The notes beneath the pieces were generated by a model, which was not told the origin of the DNA, did no database searches, and was given only the letters and a program-made list of their open reading frames with translations. DNA of 64,000 bases from positions 1-64,000 of the IMG/VR virus record IMGVR_UViG_3300045135_002615; one strand, written 5' to 3'. Both the position numbers and the translations under genes were made by a program. Positions within the stretch are counted from its first letter, which is position 1. Each line of letters starts with the position of its first letter. Below are positions 41,897 to 52,573 of the stretch, piece by piece.

Positions 41897-44797
41897 ATGA
41901 GTGAAGAAAAACTATTGAAGACAATTGAACGACTAAGAGAGATCAGGGCTAAAGAGGACTTGAACCCACCTCCCTCAAAAATCTTGAGGTCACATCTCCC
42001 TAATGGGGTAGAACTGAAGCTACGTCAGTATCAGATACAGGGTATCTTACACTTGATCGCCATGCCACGCTTTGTTTTGGGAGACGACACTGGGTTGGGG
42101 AAGTGCGTTACGGGAGACACCCTCATCTCTACAGATAAGGGGTTACTCCCAATTGCTTCTTTAAATCCTGGAGTGTCTGAACCTGACACATTCGTCCCTT
42201 TTGATGGCGATGCTCAAGTTGTTGTGAGAGGCGAAACCCGTAGGATAAGAAGCTTCTACTATGGTGGGCTTAAGCCTACAGTTAAGATCCGCACCCGCAG
42301 AGGATATGAGATTGAAGGGTCTCACATCCACCCCTTACTTGTTAGGGGTGAAGATGGCTCTGAGGATTGGGTGAAGATGTCTGATCTTAAAGAGGGCGAC
42401 ACCCTTTGTTTAAATCGAAGCTCTTATGTAAGTGAGTGCCACACAGTTAAACTCGTCCAAATACCTCAAGGACAACCTGGTGAAAAAAAATATCGTGTAC
42501 CACAGGTGCTTGATAGCAGACTAGCACGACTCTTTGGGTACCTTGTTTCTGAGGGTTGGTTCAACCATGACTATCATTTCAACGTGGCACAATGCTTGGA
42601 GAAGAACCCCGAAGTCTGTCGTGACATTGAGGACTGTTTTACGGCACTCTCTGACTATAAACCTAGATATGCAGATGGTGTCTACTCTATATCAAGCAGT
42701 TACCTCATACGCTTTTTAGAGGCACAAGGATTGACTAAAGGAGTCGCTAAAGATAAGGCGGTGCCTTTTTGTGTGTTAAGGGCAAACCCTTCTCTCCAAG
42801 CAGAGTTTTTAAAAGCCCTGTTTGAGGCTGAGGGACATGTATCTCAAGAGACGATTGAGATCAGTTCCGCTTCATCGACACTCCTAAAGCAAGTTCAAAC
42901 TATGCTTCTTAGCTTTGGGGTGCTCTCTACGAGAAGGGAAAAATATGTCAAAGGATACGACCACACATATTGGAGGCTAACCATTACGGGAGCGGACACT
43001 AAGTGCTTCATGTCTCAAATTGGTATGGTTAGCTCTCGTAAGATAGAGGCTCTTAAAAACATATGTTCTAAGATAGGTGGTAACACCAATCTAGATACTG
43101 TACCTCACACGAAGGAGCTATTTGAGAGGTATCGGCTCAAAGTCGCACACCCTACAAAACATGGCAACTCTTTTGTAGGGACTCTTGGTCATATCAGAGC
43201 AGAGAGACGCAATCCGAGCTACGACTTCATTCGCAAATGTGTCCGTGACATTCATGTTGACGGAGAACTTCAGGACATTCTAGCTAACAACTACTTCTAT
43301 GACCCGATTGTGGAGGTCACCTATGGTGAGGCAGAGGTTTTCGACATTGAGGTCGATCACCCAGAGCACTCATTTGTTGGGAACGGATTCGTATGTCACA
43401 ACACATTGCAGTCCATCGCAGCCCTCTCATATATTTGGGATAAGAACCCATCTATCCCCGCTCTCATCTGCACAACAAAGTCCGCCGTAGGGCAATGGGA
43501 ATCCGAGTTCGATAAGTTCACTCATGGGGTCAAGGTCTTTAAATGCCTCGGCACTAAAAAGAAGCGTGAAAAGATCCATAACGAGTTCAACCTCGCTGAA
43601 GGTCCAAAAGTGATCATCATGGGATACCGCACCGCTGTGCAAGACTTCCAATACATTCAACACATGGTAGGGCATGTTGTCATCTTTGATGAAGCTACCG
43701 CTTTTAAAAATGACACCTCTCAAGTCCATCAGGTGTGTAAGCACATGGCAGGGTCTGCCGAGCGTGTATGGTCTCTATCTGCGACCATCATCAAGAATAG
43801 GCTCATGGAAGCATGGGCTATCTACAAAGTCACAGTCCCTCACTTATTTGGTGCAAAGACACACTTCATGCGTGAGTATTGCATCACCCGTGATCAAACT
43901 ATACCTGGCTCTCGCCGCCGTATTCAGATTGTGGTGGGTCACAGGAAGCGTGACATCCAAGCCTTCCGTGAGCACATTGATGCTTATTTCTTAGGTCGCC
44001 CTAAACATGAGGTTGCTCAAGAGCTACCACCTCTCACAACTAAGATCATTGAATGTGAACTCTCTAAGGCTCAGAAGAACAAGTATGCAGAAGCCCTTCA
44101 AGGGTTACTTGAGTACCTAGACCCTGAGACAGGGGAGCTTGCCGAGCGTGAAGTAAGTAAGCTCACCGCAGTCACCGTCTGCCAACAGATTGTGAACCAC
44201 CCCGCCCTTGTAGATTGTGAGGGAGATAGCGGGAAGCTCGATACCCTCTTAGACTTGGTGACTAATGAACTTGAAGGTGAGAAGGTGATTGTGTTCTCTC
44301 GCTTCAGGGGTATGGTTGACATCTTAGAGGCGGAGCTCAATGGTAAGGGTATTCAGACCTGTCGTATCACGGGAGCTGAGTCGGGTGATGAGCGTTTAGC
44401 CTCTCAGAAGGCGTTTCAAGACCCTGAGAGTGAGACAAAGGTATGCCTCATCACAATGGCTGCCGCAGAGGGTGTAAATCTACAACTCGCTAAGGCGGTT
44501 ATCTTTTATGATACCCCTTGGTCAGCAGGAGACTACCTTCAAATCGTAGGTCGTATGATCCGTATTGGGTCTATCCATGACAAGGTGTTCAGCTATCACA
44601 TCTGTGCCCCTAAGACCATTGATGATAGAGTGATGAAAACCCTCAAAGCTAAGATGGGTCTTATCGAAGCGGTACTCGGTAAGAGGCTAAAGGAAGATGG
44701 TGAGTCAGACGCTATCGTAGAGGTAGGTCAATCTGAGCTGGCGGACATCTTTGACGGGCTTCTTGAGGATGCCCAAGAGATCATTAAGGTGAAGTGA
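41897..44797 (+). CDS. SNF2-family (SF2) helicase containing an intein
   Basis: LGDDTGLGK/T (Walker A, split by intein), IFDEA, SATIIKN, KVIVFS, AAAEGVNLQ, QIVGRMIRIG. Confidence 0.93.
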   Translation: MSEEKLLKTIERLREIRAKEDLNPPPSKILRSHLPNGVELKLRQYQIQGILHLIAMPRFVLGDDTGLGKCVTGDTLISTDKGLLPIASLNPGVSEPDTFVPFDGDAQVVVRGETRRIRSFYYGGLKPTVKIRTRRGYEIEGSHIHPLLVRGEDGSEDWVKMSDLKEGDTLCLNRSSYVSECHTVKLVQIPQGQPGEKKYRVPQVLDSRLARLFGYLVSEGWFNHDYHFNVAQCLEKNPEVCRDIEDCFTALSDYKPRYADGVYSISSSYLIRFLEAQGLTKGVAKDKAVPFCVLRANPSLQAEFLKALFEAEGHVSQETIEISSASSTLLKQVQTMLLSFGVLSTRREKYVKGYDHTYWRLTITGADTKCFMSQIGMVSSRKIEALKNICSKIGGNTNLDTVPHTKELFERYRLKVAHPTKHGNSFVGTLGHIRAERRNPSYDFIRKCVRDIHVDGELQDILANNYFYDPIVEVTYGEAEVFDIEVDHPEHSFVGNGFVCHNTLQSIAALSYIWDKNPSIPALICTTKSAVGQWESEFDKFTHGVKVFKCLGTKKKREKIHNEFNLAEGPKVIIMGYRTAVQDFQYIQHMVGHVVIFDEATAFKNDTSQVHQVCKHMAGSAERVWSLSATIIKNRLMEAWAIYKVTVPHLFGAKTHFMREYCITRDQTIPGSRRRIQIVVGHRKRDIQAFREHIDAYFLGRPKHEVAQELPPLTTKIIECELSKAQKNKYAEALQGLLEYLDPETGELAEREVSKLTAVTVCQQIVNHPALVDCEGDSGKLDTLLDLVTNELEGEKVIVFSRFRGMVDILEAELNGKGIQTCRITGAESGDERLASQKAFQDPESETKVCLITMAAAEGVNLQLAKAVIFYDTPWSAGDYLQIVGRMIRIGSIHDKVFSYHICAPKTIDDRVMKTLKAKMGLIEAVLGKRLKEDGESDAIVEVGQSELADIFDGLLEDAQEIIKVK
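42104..43402 (+). mobile_element. full-length intein with LAGLIDADG homing endonuclease (433 aa)
   Basis: CVTGDTLI start, GSHIHP block B, LFGYLVSEGW and FLKALFEAEG LAGLIDADG motifs, VFDIEV...CHN/T end. Confidence 0.93.
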
Positions 44798-44821
44798 GTC
44801 CTAGTTGGACAACACTCCAAC

Positions 44822-44862
44822 AAAAAAGCCCCCTCGTCCTGTCTTGAACGAGGGGGCTTTTT
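44822..44862. terminator. bidirectional terminator between convergent genes
   Basis: AAAAAAGCCCCCTCGT/ACGAGGGGGCTTTTT. Confidence 0.85.
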
Positions 44863-44863
44863 A

Positions 44864-45412
44864 TTAGCCTTCGGTGGGGATGATGACCGCATACCGACCT
44901 CGCCATTCGGAGGTCTTAGGCACATTAGGATCACCAGGAAACGCTGTGTATACACTCATTAGTTTTCCCTCTGACAACGCTGTCATGAGGAGGGGTTCTT
45001 CAATGACATCACGAGGGAGAAACTCTTTGCTTGCAGGACCAACGATTATGGTGACCTCGTCCGTCTCAAAGCTCTTTAGAGGGGCTGTCGTTTTAACCGC
45101 CACTACGGAGATCCTCCGCCCATCCTCTTCCTTGACGACCCATGTCAAGCTCGCACTAGGTAACTTGAGGGCTTCCTTCATAGGGAGTACGAGATGGTAT
45201 CCCACATTAGGCTTTTTAATTGTAAAGAACTGAACACCCTGATCGGACTTAACCTTCAAACCCTTCACAAGTGACTCAATGTCACTCTCTGATAGAGCCC
45301 TTGAAAACACTGACCCCGTGCCAATTTTGTTGTGTATTTGGATGTGCTTAACCACCGCTTCGGGGAGTACAAGCACACCGCCATCATCTGTTGGGAAAAC
45401 TCTTGTTGTCAT
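44864..45412 (-). CDS. hypothetical protein
   Basis: 182 aa, AAGGGG RBS. Confidence 0.75.
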   Translation of the reverse strand: MTTRVFPTDDGGVLVLPEAVVKHIQIHNKIGTGSVFSRALSESDIESLVKGLKVKSDQGVQFFTIKKPNVGYHLVLPMKEALKLPSASLTWVVKEEDGRRISVVAVKTTAPLKSFETDEVTIIVGPASKEFLPRDVIEEPLLMTALSEGKLMSVYTAFPGDPNVPKTSEWRGRYAVIIPTEG

Positions 45413-45423
45413 ATGGATACCCC

Positions 45424-45756
45424 TTAGTGAGTATAGGCGTGGATACGTCTAACGATAACAGGGTCGGAGAGGGATTCTCCTGTTTGGGCGGCACTGATAA
45501 GTGCGTAGAGAGCCTCTTGAGCCCATGAAGGGAGTAAGGCTTTTGCTTGGAGTTCAAGGTCTTGAAGGATAGGATACCACTCCCGATTTGTCATGGTAAG
45601 GGGGCGGTATTTAAGTGTACCTCCCCTGCCGTCATCGCTGACGTAGCATACGGCAACATCGCCATGCCTTAATGTTGCTGTCCACTCGACCCATCCGTTT
45701 TGAGCAGAGGGGGTCATCTTTACATCGGTCACAGTCAGTTCTTCGAGTCTCATCAT
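45424..45756 (-). CDS. hypothetical protein
   Basis: AAGGAG RBS; DDGRGG motif. Confidence 0.75.
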   Translation of the reverse strand: MMRLEELTVTDVKMTPSAQNGWVEWTATLRHGDVAVCYVSDDGRGGTLKYRPLTMTNREWYPILQDLELQAKALLPSWAQEALYALISAAQTGESLSDPVIVRRIHAYTH

Positions 45757-45837
45757 ATCTCCTTTTTGAGTTAATGGGTTATAGTGTGGTTATAGTATAT
45801 TGAGTACAAACCCATTAGAGTTTAAAGAGGTTAAGTT

Positions 45838-46101
45838 ATGTACATGATCCATGATTTGATGACGGGTAAACCACTCTATCCTATTTTACGCGGTAAGATA
45901 GAGAAGGCTTATTTTGTTCGTAGTGATGCGGTTAAAGACGCTGAAAAAGAGAGCGTTGCAAATCTCTCGATGAGAGTAGACGTGGTGGAGATCAGCCCTC
46001 ACGCCAAGCTATGGATGGAAAACCAAGCAAGGATGCAGAATGCAGTACACTCATATCAACCCCGAAACGAAGAAGAGAGAGTGCCTCAGAGTAAGACCTG
46101 A
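45838..46101 (+). CDS. hypothetical protein
   Basis: GAGG RBS, 87 aa. Confidence 0.6.
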   Translation: MYMIHDLMTGKPLYPILRGKIEKAYFVRSDAVKDAEKESVANLSMRVDVVEISPHAKLWMENQARMQNAVHSYQPRNEEERVPQSKT

Positions 46102-46366
46102 GTGTACCTTCCAAGAGTACATTGAGCAGGTCTTGAAAGAGGCGGGATTCAGGGTAGAGGAGAGAGACCCACTCTATAACAGAGTACACCTAAAGGGGTG
46201 TCTCGACATCGTCGTATTTTGGAAGGTGGGCTCAATGCAATTGTTTGAGTCTAGGGAATTCCTACTCTTCCTTTCAGACATCACATGGGAAGGGTGGCAC
46301 TTCCATCGACTAGGTGACAGTATCCTTGAGACGTTAAGGGCTCAGTGGAAGCACCACAACGCCTAA
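46040..46366 (+). CDS. hypothetical protein
   Basis: 108 aa, overlaps previous ORF by 62 nt; start uncertain. Confidence 0.5.
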   Translation: MQYTHINPETKKRECLRVRPECTFQEYIEQVLKEAGFRVEERDPLYNRVHLKGCLDIVVFWKVGSMQLFESREFLLFLSDITWEGWHFHRLGDSILETLRAQWKHHNA

Positions 46367-46599
46367 GATTTAGCGGATCTTCTCTTATTACGTTCTTTCC
46401 TGCGAGCTACTTCATCAGGTTCAAAGTAACCGATAGTGAGCCTTATGTCATAGAGGCACTTAGCACACATACCCGTGCCGTCATACCAGTTCAAACCCCA
46501 CCCTAATAGGGTCTCAGGTAGTTTACCCCCGCAAGAAGTACAGTGTCCAATATAACGTGCTTTAAAGTGTTTGTGCTTCTCTACGGGGATCTTCTTCAT
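46363..46599 (-). CDS. small zinc-ribbon protein
   Basis: CTSCG...CAKC; follows the 46603 gene in the same direction. Confidence 0.6.
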   Translation of the reverse strand: MKKIPVEKHKHFKARYIGHCTSCGGKLPETLLGWGLNWYDGTGMCAKCLYDIRLTIGYFEPDEVARRKERNKRRSAKS

Positions 46600-46602
46600 G
46601 GC

Positions 46603-49600
46603 TTACTCTTTATTGTATGGTGCGGGGTCTATGTCCTCTACAGACAACACATTATACCCTCGAACTAGAGGCTTGCCCTTGATGCGGTATCTATCAGCAG
46701 CTGACCAACCTTCCCCATAACCTGTAGGTGAGATGATACCTCCAAGTACAAGTGAATCTTGGATCACCTCATCGGGTGAACGGGTGTTACCATCAATACA
46801 ATGAGTGAGGATAATGAGCTGAACCTCATCTCCTCTAGTGAGTGTTTGTCCATTAAAAGACTCCTCACCGCAACGAACGAGCATCGCCCTACAAGCAAGG
46901 ACACTACCTTTAAGGGTAGGCTTCAAGCTCTCGGCAAAGGAGGCTACGAGGAAGCTGAAGGGAGAACCAGGCACATTACCTGAAGCACCCATGACGGCAC
47001 CTGAACCTCTTGTAAGAGAGAATAGGTTTGTAGCCTCCGCAAGAGGAGCTACTTGGGAAAGGTCTCCACTTGTGAGTTGGATCACGTCCCCCGCAGTTCC
47101 GAGTATCCGAGTGTAGGGTTGACCATTAGGGCTTACGGGAACACTTGTAGAGAGGGTACTCAAGTTACCCGTGCGAGAGAACAAGAAGCTAGACTTATCG
47201 TTGAGTACATCTTCACAAAGGAAGTCGGTGTCTCTGACCATAGACCCTAGTGGGAGTCTTGTGGTCACACCCACCATAGAGATGGGTGTTTCACCATTAC
47301 CTGCATTAGCAGGGTTGGTTCTCGTGGGGGTTGAGAAGTCTACTACATACTCGGTTCGATTAGTCAGCCCGATTAAATCCTCCTCTCTACTTCTCGTGAG
47401 TGAAGCAGAGTAGAACTTGAATGCCATAGGTGCTTCTTTAACGCCCTCGAACAACTGAATATCCCTACCTAGAGCAAACGATCTGTACCCACTAAAGCCG
47501 AGAGATGAGTTGTCCGTGGCGTAAGGCTCTTGGATCACAAGACCATAGAAAGACTCATCTTGAGGTGTGATGCCATAGTGTTGGTATGAGGTGTACCCTT
47601 CTAGTTGTAGAGCTCTTTGCATGTCCATAATGAGCTCTTCTAAGGTTGTTTGAATGGTTGTGTTGATAGAGTAGCTGAAAGACCCTCTTGAGTTACGGAT
47701 GCTTAGGTAGGCTCCATTGAACTCCGCGAAGGATGACGTGAACATATAGAGGGTTGCAAACCCGCCTTGATCGGGCTTATCCGTAAAAGCAGATGTGAGG
47801 ACATAAGGGTATTGGAGAGGGTGGTTAGACATATCCCTAGATGTCGGGTAGAAGGCGTAACCTACATCTGTGATAGTGGAGGGGTATATGGCACCCCCAA
47901 TCTTACCTGTGCCAAGTGTCGTATAGAAGTCCATTGACGCAAGGACTTCAAAGTCACGTCTGTTATTGAGTTCTACGGTATCTTGATCACGGGTACCTAT
48001 CTCAAGGTCACTTGCTGACTTACGACCATAAGGGATTGTAGAGTCTGAGTCCTCAAGAAGAGTAACGCTCTTTGTATGGTAGGGGTCTCCTTGATAGGCA
48101 CCTCTCTGATAAGAGATAGCTATCTTTGTTCCCGCAGGAGGGGCGAAGGGGATGACAGAGTCAATGTAAACCTTAGAGGTTTCATCAGAGGCTCTTTGAG
48201 TACCTGCTCCGTTGTAGCTGCGAACAAGTACGTTACGATTAGAGCTAATAAACCCGTTAGCAAATCCAAAGACCACCGCTTCAACCACATACTCAAAGTC
48301 GCTGAATACTGAGTTAGAACTATAACCTGGAGCTCTAGAGATGTCGATAGCGTGCTCTGTTAGAACATAAGTGTGAGCTTCGTTGAATGTCGTATCGTTG
48401 ATGTCCTCATTACCACCATATTTATTGATAAAGAGTGTGAAGCGGTCTGTATCAGTTCTCAAGAGGTTAGGGCAATCGCCATTAACGACTGCATCTAGAG
48501 GGTTGGTTCTTGTGGCGTCATGAGCACTAGTATTACCCGCACCGATGATGTGGGTGAGGTATGCGTTACGCTCATACACACCATAAATACGAGCTACACC
48601 GAAGAAGGGAGGTAGCTCAATACCCTGTAGATATGTGCCGAAGTCGGTTGTGGGTGCATAGATAGCATCTTCACGAGTACCTACAGTTCCACCATTAAAT
48701 CTCTTGCGAACACCAATGGCGTTGACACCTGAGAGACTCAGAGCCCACTCTCCATAAGTGGCGTTGGTGTCAAACAAGACGGGTTCTACATTTTGGTTCC
48801 CGTTATTGGAGACACCCCCAATGATGTTGAATACGCTGTCAGTGTTGGAGACACGATCTACAAAGATATGGTTCAAACCACTCATGAAAGCGTCACTCGT
48901 AGAGGTACGAGTGTGCATGGGGATGTCTTGTCTACCAAAACGAGGCATGAGGGCTTCAGGTAGGACATAAGCACCAAGACGGTCACTCAAAAAGAACGCA
49001 CCTCCATCAACAGCATGACCTGCATCGTAGACAGAGGGGATAAGGGCGGAGACTTCTTGATGTTGATGGAGGATTACTTGCTTACGCTGATAAGGGCGAA
49101 TAACAATCGTCTTTGAACCCTCGTCCTTAAAGACCTCCATCTCCCTATCAAGTTCCCCATTGACAATGGCTCCGCCGAGCTTCCTAGAGTCCGCAATACC
49201 AATAGGGAAGTTTGAACAGGGGAGCCTATTCCATAGTGACACATGACCTTGTGTGGGCAAGTTGATGTCACCATTAATGAGGGGGATTAAGTTAGCGTTG
49301 GTGGTATCAAGGTCGGAAGCCGCGTTGCGTAAGAAGTGATCTCTGTTAGGGGCTTGGAGGCTGACCTTATGGATGTTCTCAGCATTGTTTGCGGTAGCAC
49401 CCGCATTAGGAGGGTAGAGGATAGACACTCCGAGTTGGAAGTCTTGTTCAATATAGAGCCTAGAACTACCTGATGAGTTAGAAGTCACGGCTATGGCAAT
49501 CTCGGTGTCCTCTACGGTGATCTGTTGGCTTCTAAACTCAACCGTCATCTCAAGACCATCGGTGAAGAGTCCTTCCCTAGTGCCTGCTTCATCAATGGGC

Positions 49601-51762
49601 TCAAGGATGACGTAGTTGAAGAGTGTACCTGATGGGACCCAAGCGTCCTCATTGGTGTTCAAGAAGTAGTTGACTGTTTGGTTGTAAGGACCGAAGGAGA
49701 TCACCTTATAGGTGCCATTATTCTTTCGAGTACCATCAACATCGCCATAGACAACAGCATAGAGGTTACCCCTAAGCATCAAGCCGAGTTCATTCACCCC
49801 AAAGGGGAACGAGGAGAGCTCAAGTGCAATGACCTCCTCAAAGAGGTTAGGTGTTGTGTTGACAGAAGAACTTGGCAGTCCTGCATTAGACCCGTTCTTC
49901 TTGTAGATCACCGTATAGTTGTGGTCGTTCTTAGAAGCACCTGCGACATCAATCGTGAAGGGCTCACTTGCTCGATTGCGACCTAAGACAATAAAGGGCT
50001 TCTCATAGTTGTACGCCTTCTCAGGGTAAGAGAAGAACCCATGAGAAGAACCTAACTCTTCAATCGTAAATGGAGGGGCTTTGTCTTCATCCATATCCCT
50101 CGGAGCAATGAATCTTACGCCCTTGGATTCTAGGTCAACACCCTTTAGACCATAAGCTAGATTATCGAGTGTATCATCAAGGCTCATGAATAAGACAGCA
50201 CCCATTTTAAAGGGGGCGGTGCTACCACTATCGAGCAAGAACGCTGAAGGGTTCAAGTCAGGACCGAGATCCCAGTTCGTTTGGTCTGTCACATTCAAGT
50301 TAGTAGTAGACATCCCGTTCACATCAGTAGCTACATTAGGATCGAGATACATTGTCAGACCCATCTGTGGAACCGCCGCATCAGACCAAGTGTCCCTAAA
50401 GCCATTAGGGGCGTCCATCTGATGGACACGATTAGCAGAAGTTGCACTCAAGTAAGACACCTCCTCGTAGGAGACACCCTTACAATAAGCGTTAACTGAG
50501 TTCTGCTTGTATGAAGACCTCATACGACCAAAGAGAACATCTGAGACAGCCCCCTCAAGCATGGACTGATAGTCCCATTGACCAAGAGTGACCGCATGTC
50601 TCATGTCTAGCAGATCCTTCTCATGGATCTGATCTGCATAAAGTCCATCAGGTCTACCATTGAAGAGTGACACCGGCTCTCCTGTCTCATGTCTCTTTGC
50701 CTGTGTACCTGCGACACCTCTCTCAGAGATCGTAACCACACCTGTGCTTGGGTTAACAGCGGACACCTTGACGACCTCTCGACCAAGACCACTTCCAATT
50801 ACGAAGAACCGATCACCCGCCAAGAAGAGGTCTGGGTCGTCAAGCCCGGACCCCGCAAGGTCATCAATGTTGATGAAAGGCGTATTCGTAGATGCAAACC
50901 CTGCGTTAAGGGTAGGGTTCGTGAGAGCCGAGGCTTCGTTAGCGAGTGTAATCGAAGGTCTCCTATTAATCGCTCCATTTTGGTTAGGTCCACCTGAGCT
51001 AGAAACCGCTACATAAGGAGCAGAGTTCCTGCGGAACACCATAGCTAGAGGGATAGCGTAAATAGAGTCCTCTGCGAGGAGGTCATTTACAACATTGGCA
51101 ACCCATAATCCTGAGTCACCTTCTACAGGAGTGAAGGTAGCTGTAGTACCTCCAACGACAGGTCCATTGGCTTTGACAAGATTACTTGAGATACCTTCAG
51201 GGTGATATTTCAAGTCAATATCGGAGACAACTCGCACTTGATATTGAACCTGCACACGCTTAGTGGTCTCAAACCCAACTTGAGGGTCAACCATCTCATC
51301 ACTCACACCACTACCTGCGACATTGCCATTAGAATAGACGGTGGTGCTTGTCGGCTTGTTGGTGAGAGGGTCACCTGAGTTGTCTGAGCTAATGATACTC
51401 TTCCAAATCTCAAGGAATACGAAATCTCCACGGGTACCCGAACTTGGAGGAGGTGGTAGTTTAACCTCTAGTTCTTCTACGTTGACGAGATGACCTTTAA
51501 TGAGAGCCTTGAAGGGTTTGATCTTAAAGTAGTTAGACCACAAGGGGTTGAACACAAAGTCACGCTCACAAGAAGTGGGGCTGATAAGAGCTCCGCTATG
51601 TGCTTGAGATGTGATGAGTTCAGCCATGTTGCTAGATGAGAGCTGACCCATGAGGTTAAGCTCGCTATCTAGAGGAGGCTTGCCCGCTTGCCATATTACA
51701 TTGGTGTATTGGCGGTTCTCAGTGGTGAGTGTGCGTGTAGGGTATTTGAAGTCGTCTGCCAT
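46603..51762 (-). CDS. large structural protein (baseplate wedge/fibre-anchor-like), paralog of 58216 ORF
   Basis: 1719 aa; KPPLDSELNL, DFVFLEIW, KRVQVQY, RPDGLYAD..DLLDMR blocks shared with the 1062-aa ORF. Confidence 0.75.
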   Translation of the reverse strand: MADDFKYPTRTLTTENRQYTNVIWQAGKPPLDSELNLMGQLSSSNMAELITSQAHSGALISPTSCERDFVFNPLWSNYFKIKPFKALIKGHLVNVEELEVKLPPPPSSGTRGDFVFLEIWKSIISSDNSGDPLTNKPTSTTVYSNGNVAGSGVSDEMVDPQVGFETTKRVQVQYQVRVVSDIDLKYHPEGISSNLVKANGPVVGGTTATFTPVEGDSGLWVANVVNDLLAEDSIYAIPLAMVFRRNSAPYVAVSSSGGPNQNGAINRRPSITLANEASALTNPTLNAGFASTNTPFINIDDLAGSGLDDPDLFLAGDRFFVIGSGLGREVVKVSAVNPSTGVVTISERGVAGTQAKRHETGEPVSLFNGRPDGLYADQIHEKDLLDMRHAVTLGQWDYQSMLEGAVSDVLFGRMRSSYKQNSVNAYCKGVSYEEVSYLSATSANRVHQMDAPNGFRDTWSDAAVPQMGLTMYLDPNVATDVNGMSTTNLNVTDQTNWDLGPDLNPSAFLLDSGSTAPFKMGAVLFMSLDDTLDNLAYGLKGVDLESKGVRFIAPRDMDEDKAPPFTIEELGSSHGFFSYPEKAYNYEKPFIVLGRNRASEPFTIDVAGASKNDHNYTVIYKKNGSNAGLPSSSVNTTPNLFEEVIALELSSFPFGVNELGLMLRGNLYAVVYGDVDGTRKNNGTYKVISFGPYNQTVNYFLNTNEDAWVPSGTLFNYVILEPIDEAGTREGLFTDGLEMTVEFRSQQITVEDTEIAIAVTSNSSGSSRLYIEQDFQLGVSILYPPNAGATANNAENIHKVSLQAPNRDHFLRNAASDLDTTNANLIPLINGDINLPTQGHVSLWNRLPCSNFPIGIADSRKLGGAIVNGELDREMEVFKDEGSKTIVIRPYQRKQVILHQHQEVSALIPSVYDAGHAVDGGAFFLSDRLGAYVLPEALMPRFGRQDIPMHTRTSTSDAFMSGLNHIFVDRVSNTDSVFNIIGGVSNNGNQNVEPVLFDTNATYGEWALSLSGVNAIGVRKRFNGGTVGTREDAIYAPTTDFGTYLQGIELPPFFGVARIYGVYERNAYLTHIIGAGNTSAHDATRTNPLDAVVNGDCPNLLRTDTDRFTLFINKYGGNEDINDTTFNEAHTYVLTEHAIDISRAPGYSSNSVFSDFEYVVEAVVFGFANGFISSNRNVLVRSYNGAGTQRASDETSKVYIDSVIPFAPPAGTKIAISYQRGAYQGDPYHTKSVTLLEDSDSTIPYGRKSASDLEIGTRDQDTVELNNRRDFEVLASMDFYTTLGTGKIGGAIYPSTITDVGYAFYPTSRDMSNHPLQYPYVLTSAFTDKPDQGGFATLYMFTSSFAEFNGAYLSIRNSRGSFSYSINTTIQTTLEELIMDMQRALQLEGYTSYQHYGITPQDESFYGLVIQEPYATDNSSLGFSGYRSFALGRDIQLFEGVKEAPMAFKFYSASLTRSREEDLIGLTNRTEYVVDFSTPTRTNPANAGNGETPISMVGVTTRLPLGSMVRDTDFLCEDVLNDKSSFLFSRTGNLSTLSTSVPVSPNGQPYTRILGTAGDVIQLTSGDLSQVAPLAEATNLFSLTRGSGAVMGASGNVPGSPFSFLVASFAESLKPTLKGSVLACRAMLVRCGEESFNGQTLTRGDEVQLIILTHCIDGNTRSPDEVIQDSLVLGGIISPTGYGEGWSAADRYRIKGKPLVRGYNVLSVEDIDPAPYNKE

Positions 51763-51781
51763 GTTGACCTGCCTTATGCTG

Positions 51782-52573
51782 TCAGTACATCAGAGTGTAT
51801 GAGAGGAGATGGACATCCACGTTAGTGGGGTTAACAAACGCTAAACGAATAGACGTTTGTGCTACAGTGTAAGTCACCCTTTGGAGCTTAGTGATCTCCT
51901 GATAGGTGTTCCCATTATCGTTGGAGATATATGCTCTAATGAAACCGCTCGTGTCATAGTGCAGATTACCCGCACGATCAAGTGACCCGACATTCGCACT
52001 TGTGCCAGATAAATCAGTGCTGTCCTTCGTAAACACCTTGAGACAATCATGGAAGTCAATCAGGAACTCTCTGCGACCTAAGCCGTCTGAAGTATGGGCG
52101 GTGATGTCAATCGGGTTGGTGATGAGACAATGGTTGCTTGCAGATGTGATGTCCGTGACCCTGACTCCACCTTCAACCATGTTCTGTTGAGGGAACCTGC
52201 CTCTAATAGCAAGGGTATGAGGTGTATCTCCTGCTTTAAAGCTCGTAGTGAGGAATGCACCTGCATCTACAGAGGGGAAACTAGCGGAGGTGTCAAAGAG
52301 TAATGTGAAATCTGCATATGTCTCAAGGTAGTTAGCGTCACAGACCTCATACCCAAAGACACTTAGGTATCTCTCACGGATAAGGTTGACGAGGGCGGTC
52401 TTTGTTGCGGGGATGTCGGACACATCGAGGTTCTGCATGTCACGGGTGAAGTCAAACCCTTCAGGGAAGTCTAGGCTATAAAGCCCCTTCATCTGTATGG
52501 GTTGGTTTCGTAGTGAGTAGGTGGGTAGATATTGAACAAGTCGATCATCTGACCGATTCAAAATAAAGGGCAT
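51782..52573 (-). CDS. hypothetical structural protein
   Basis: 263 aa, within the coupled structural operon. Confidence 0.75.
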   Translation of the reverse strand: MPFILNRSDDRLVQYLPTYSLRNQPIQMKGLYSLDFPEGFDFTRDMQNLDVSDIPATKTALVNLIRERYLSVFGYEVCDANYLETYADFTLLFDTSASFPSVDAGAFLTTSFKAGDTPHTLAIRGRFPQQNMVEGGVRVTDITSASNHCLITNPIDITAHTSDGLGRREFLIDFHDCLKVFTKDSTDLSGTSANVGSLDRAGNLHYDTSGFIRAYISNDNGNTYQEITKLQRVTYTVAQTSIRLAFVNPTNVDVHLLSYTLMY

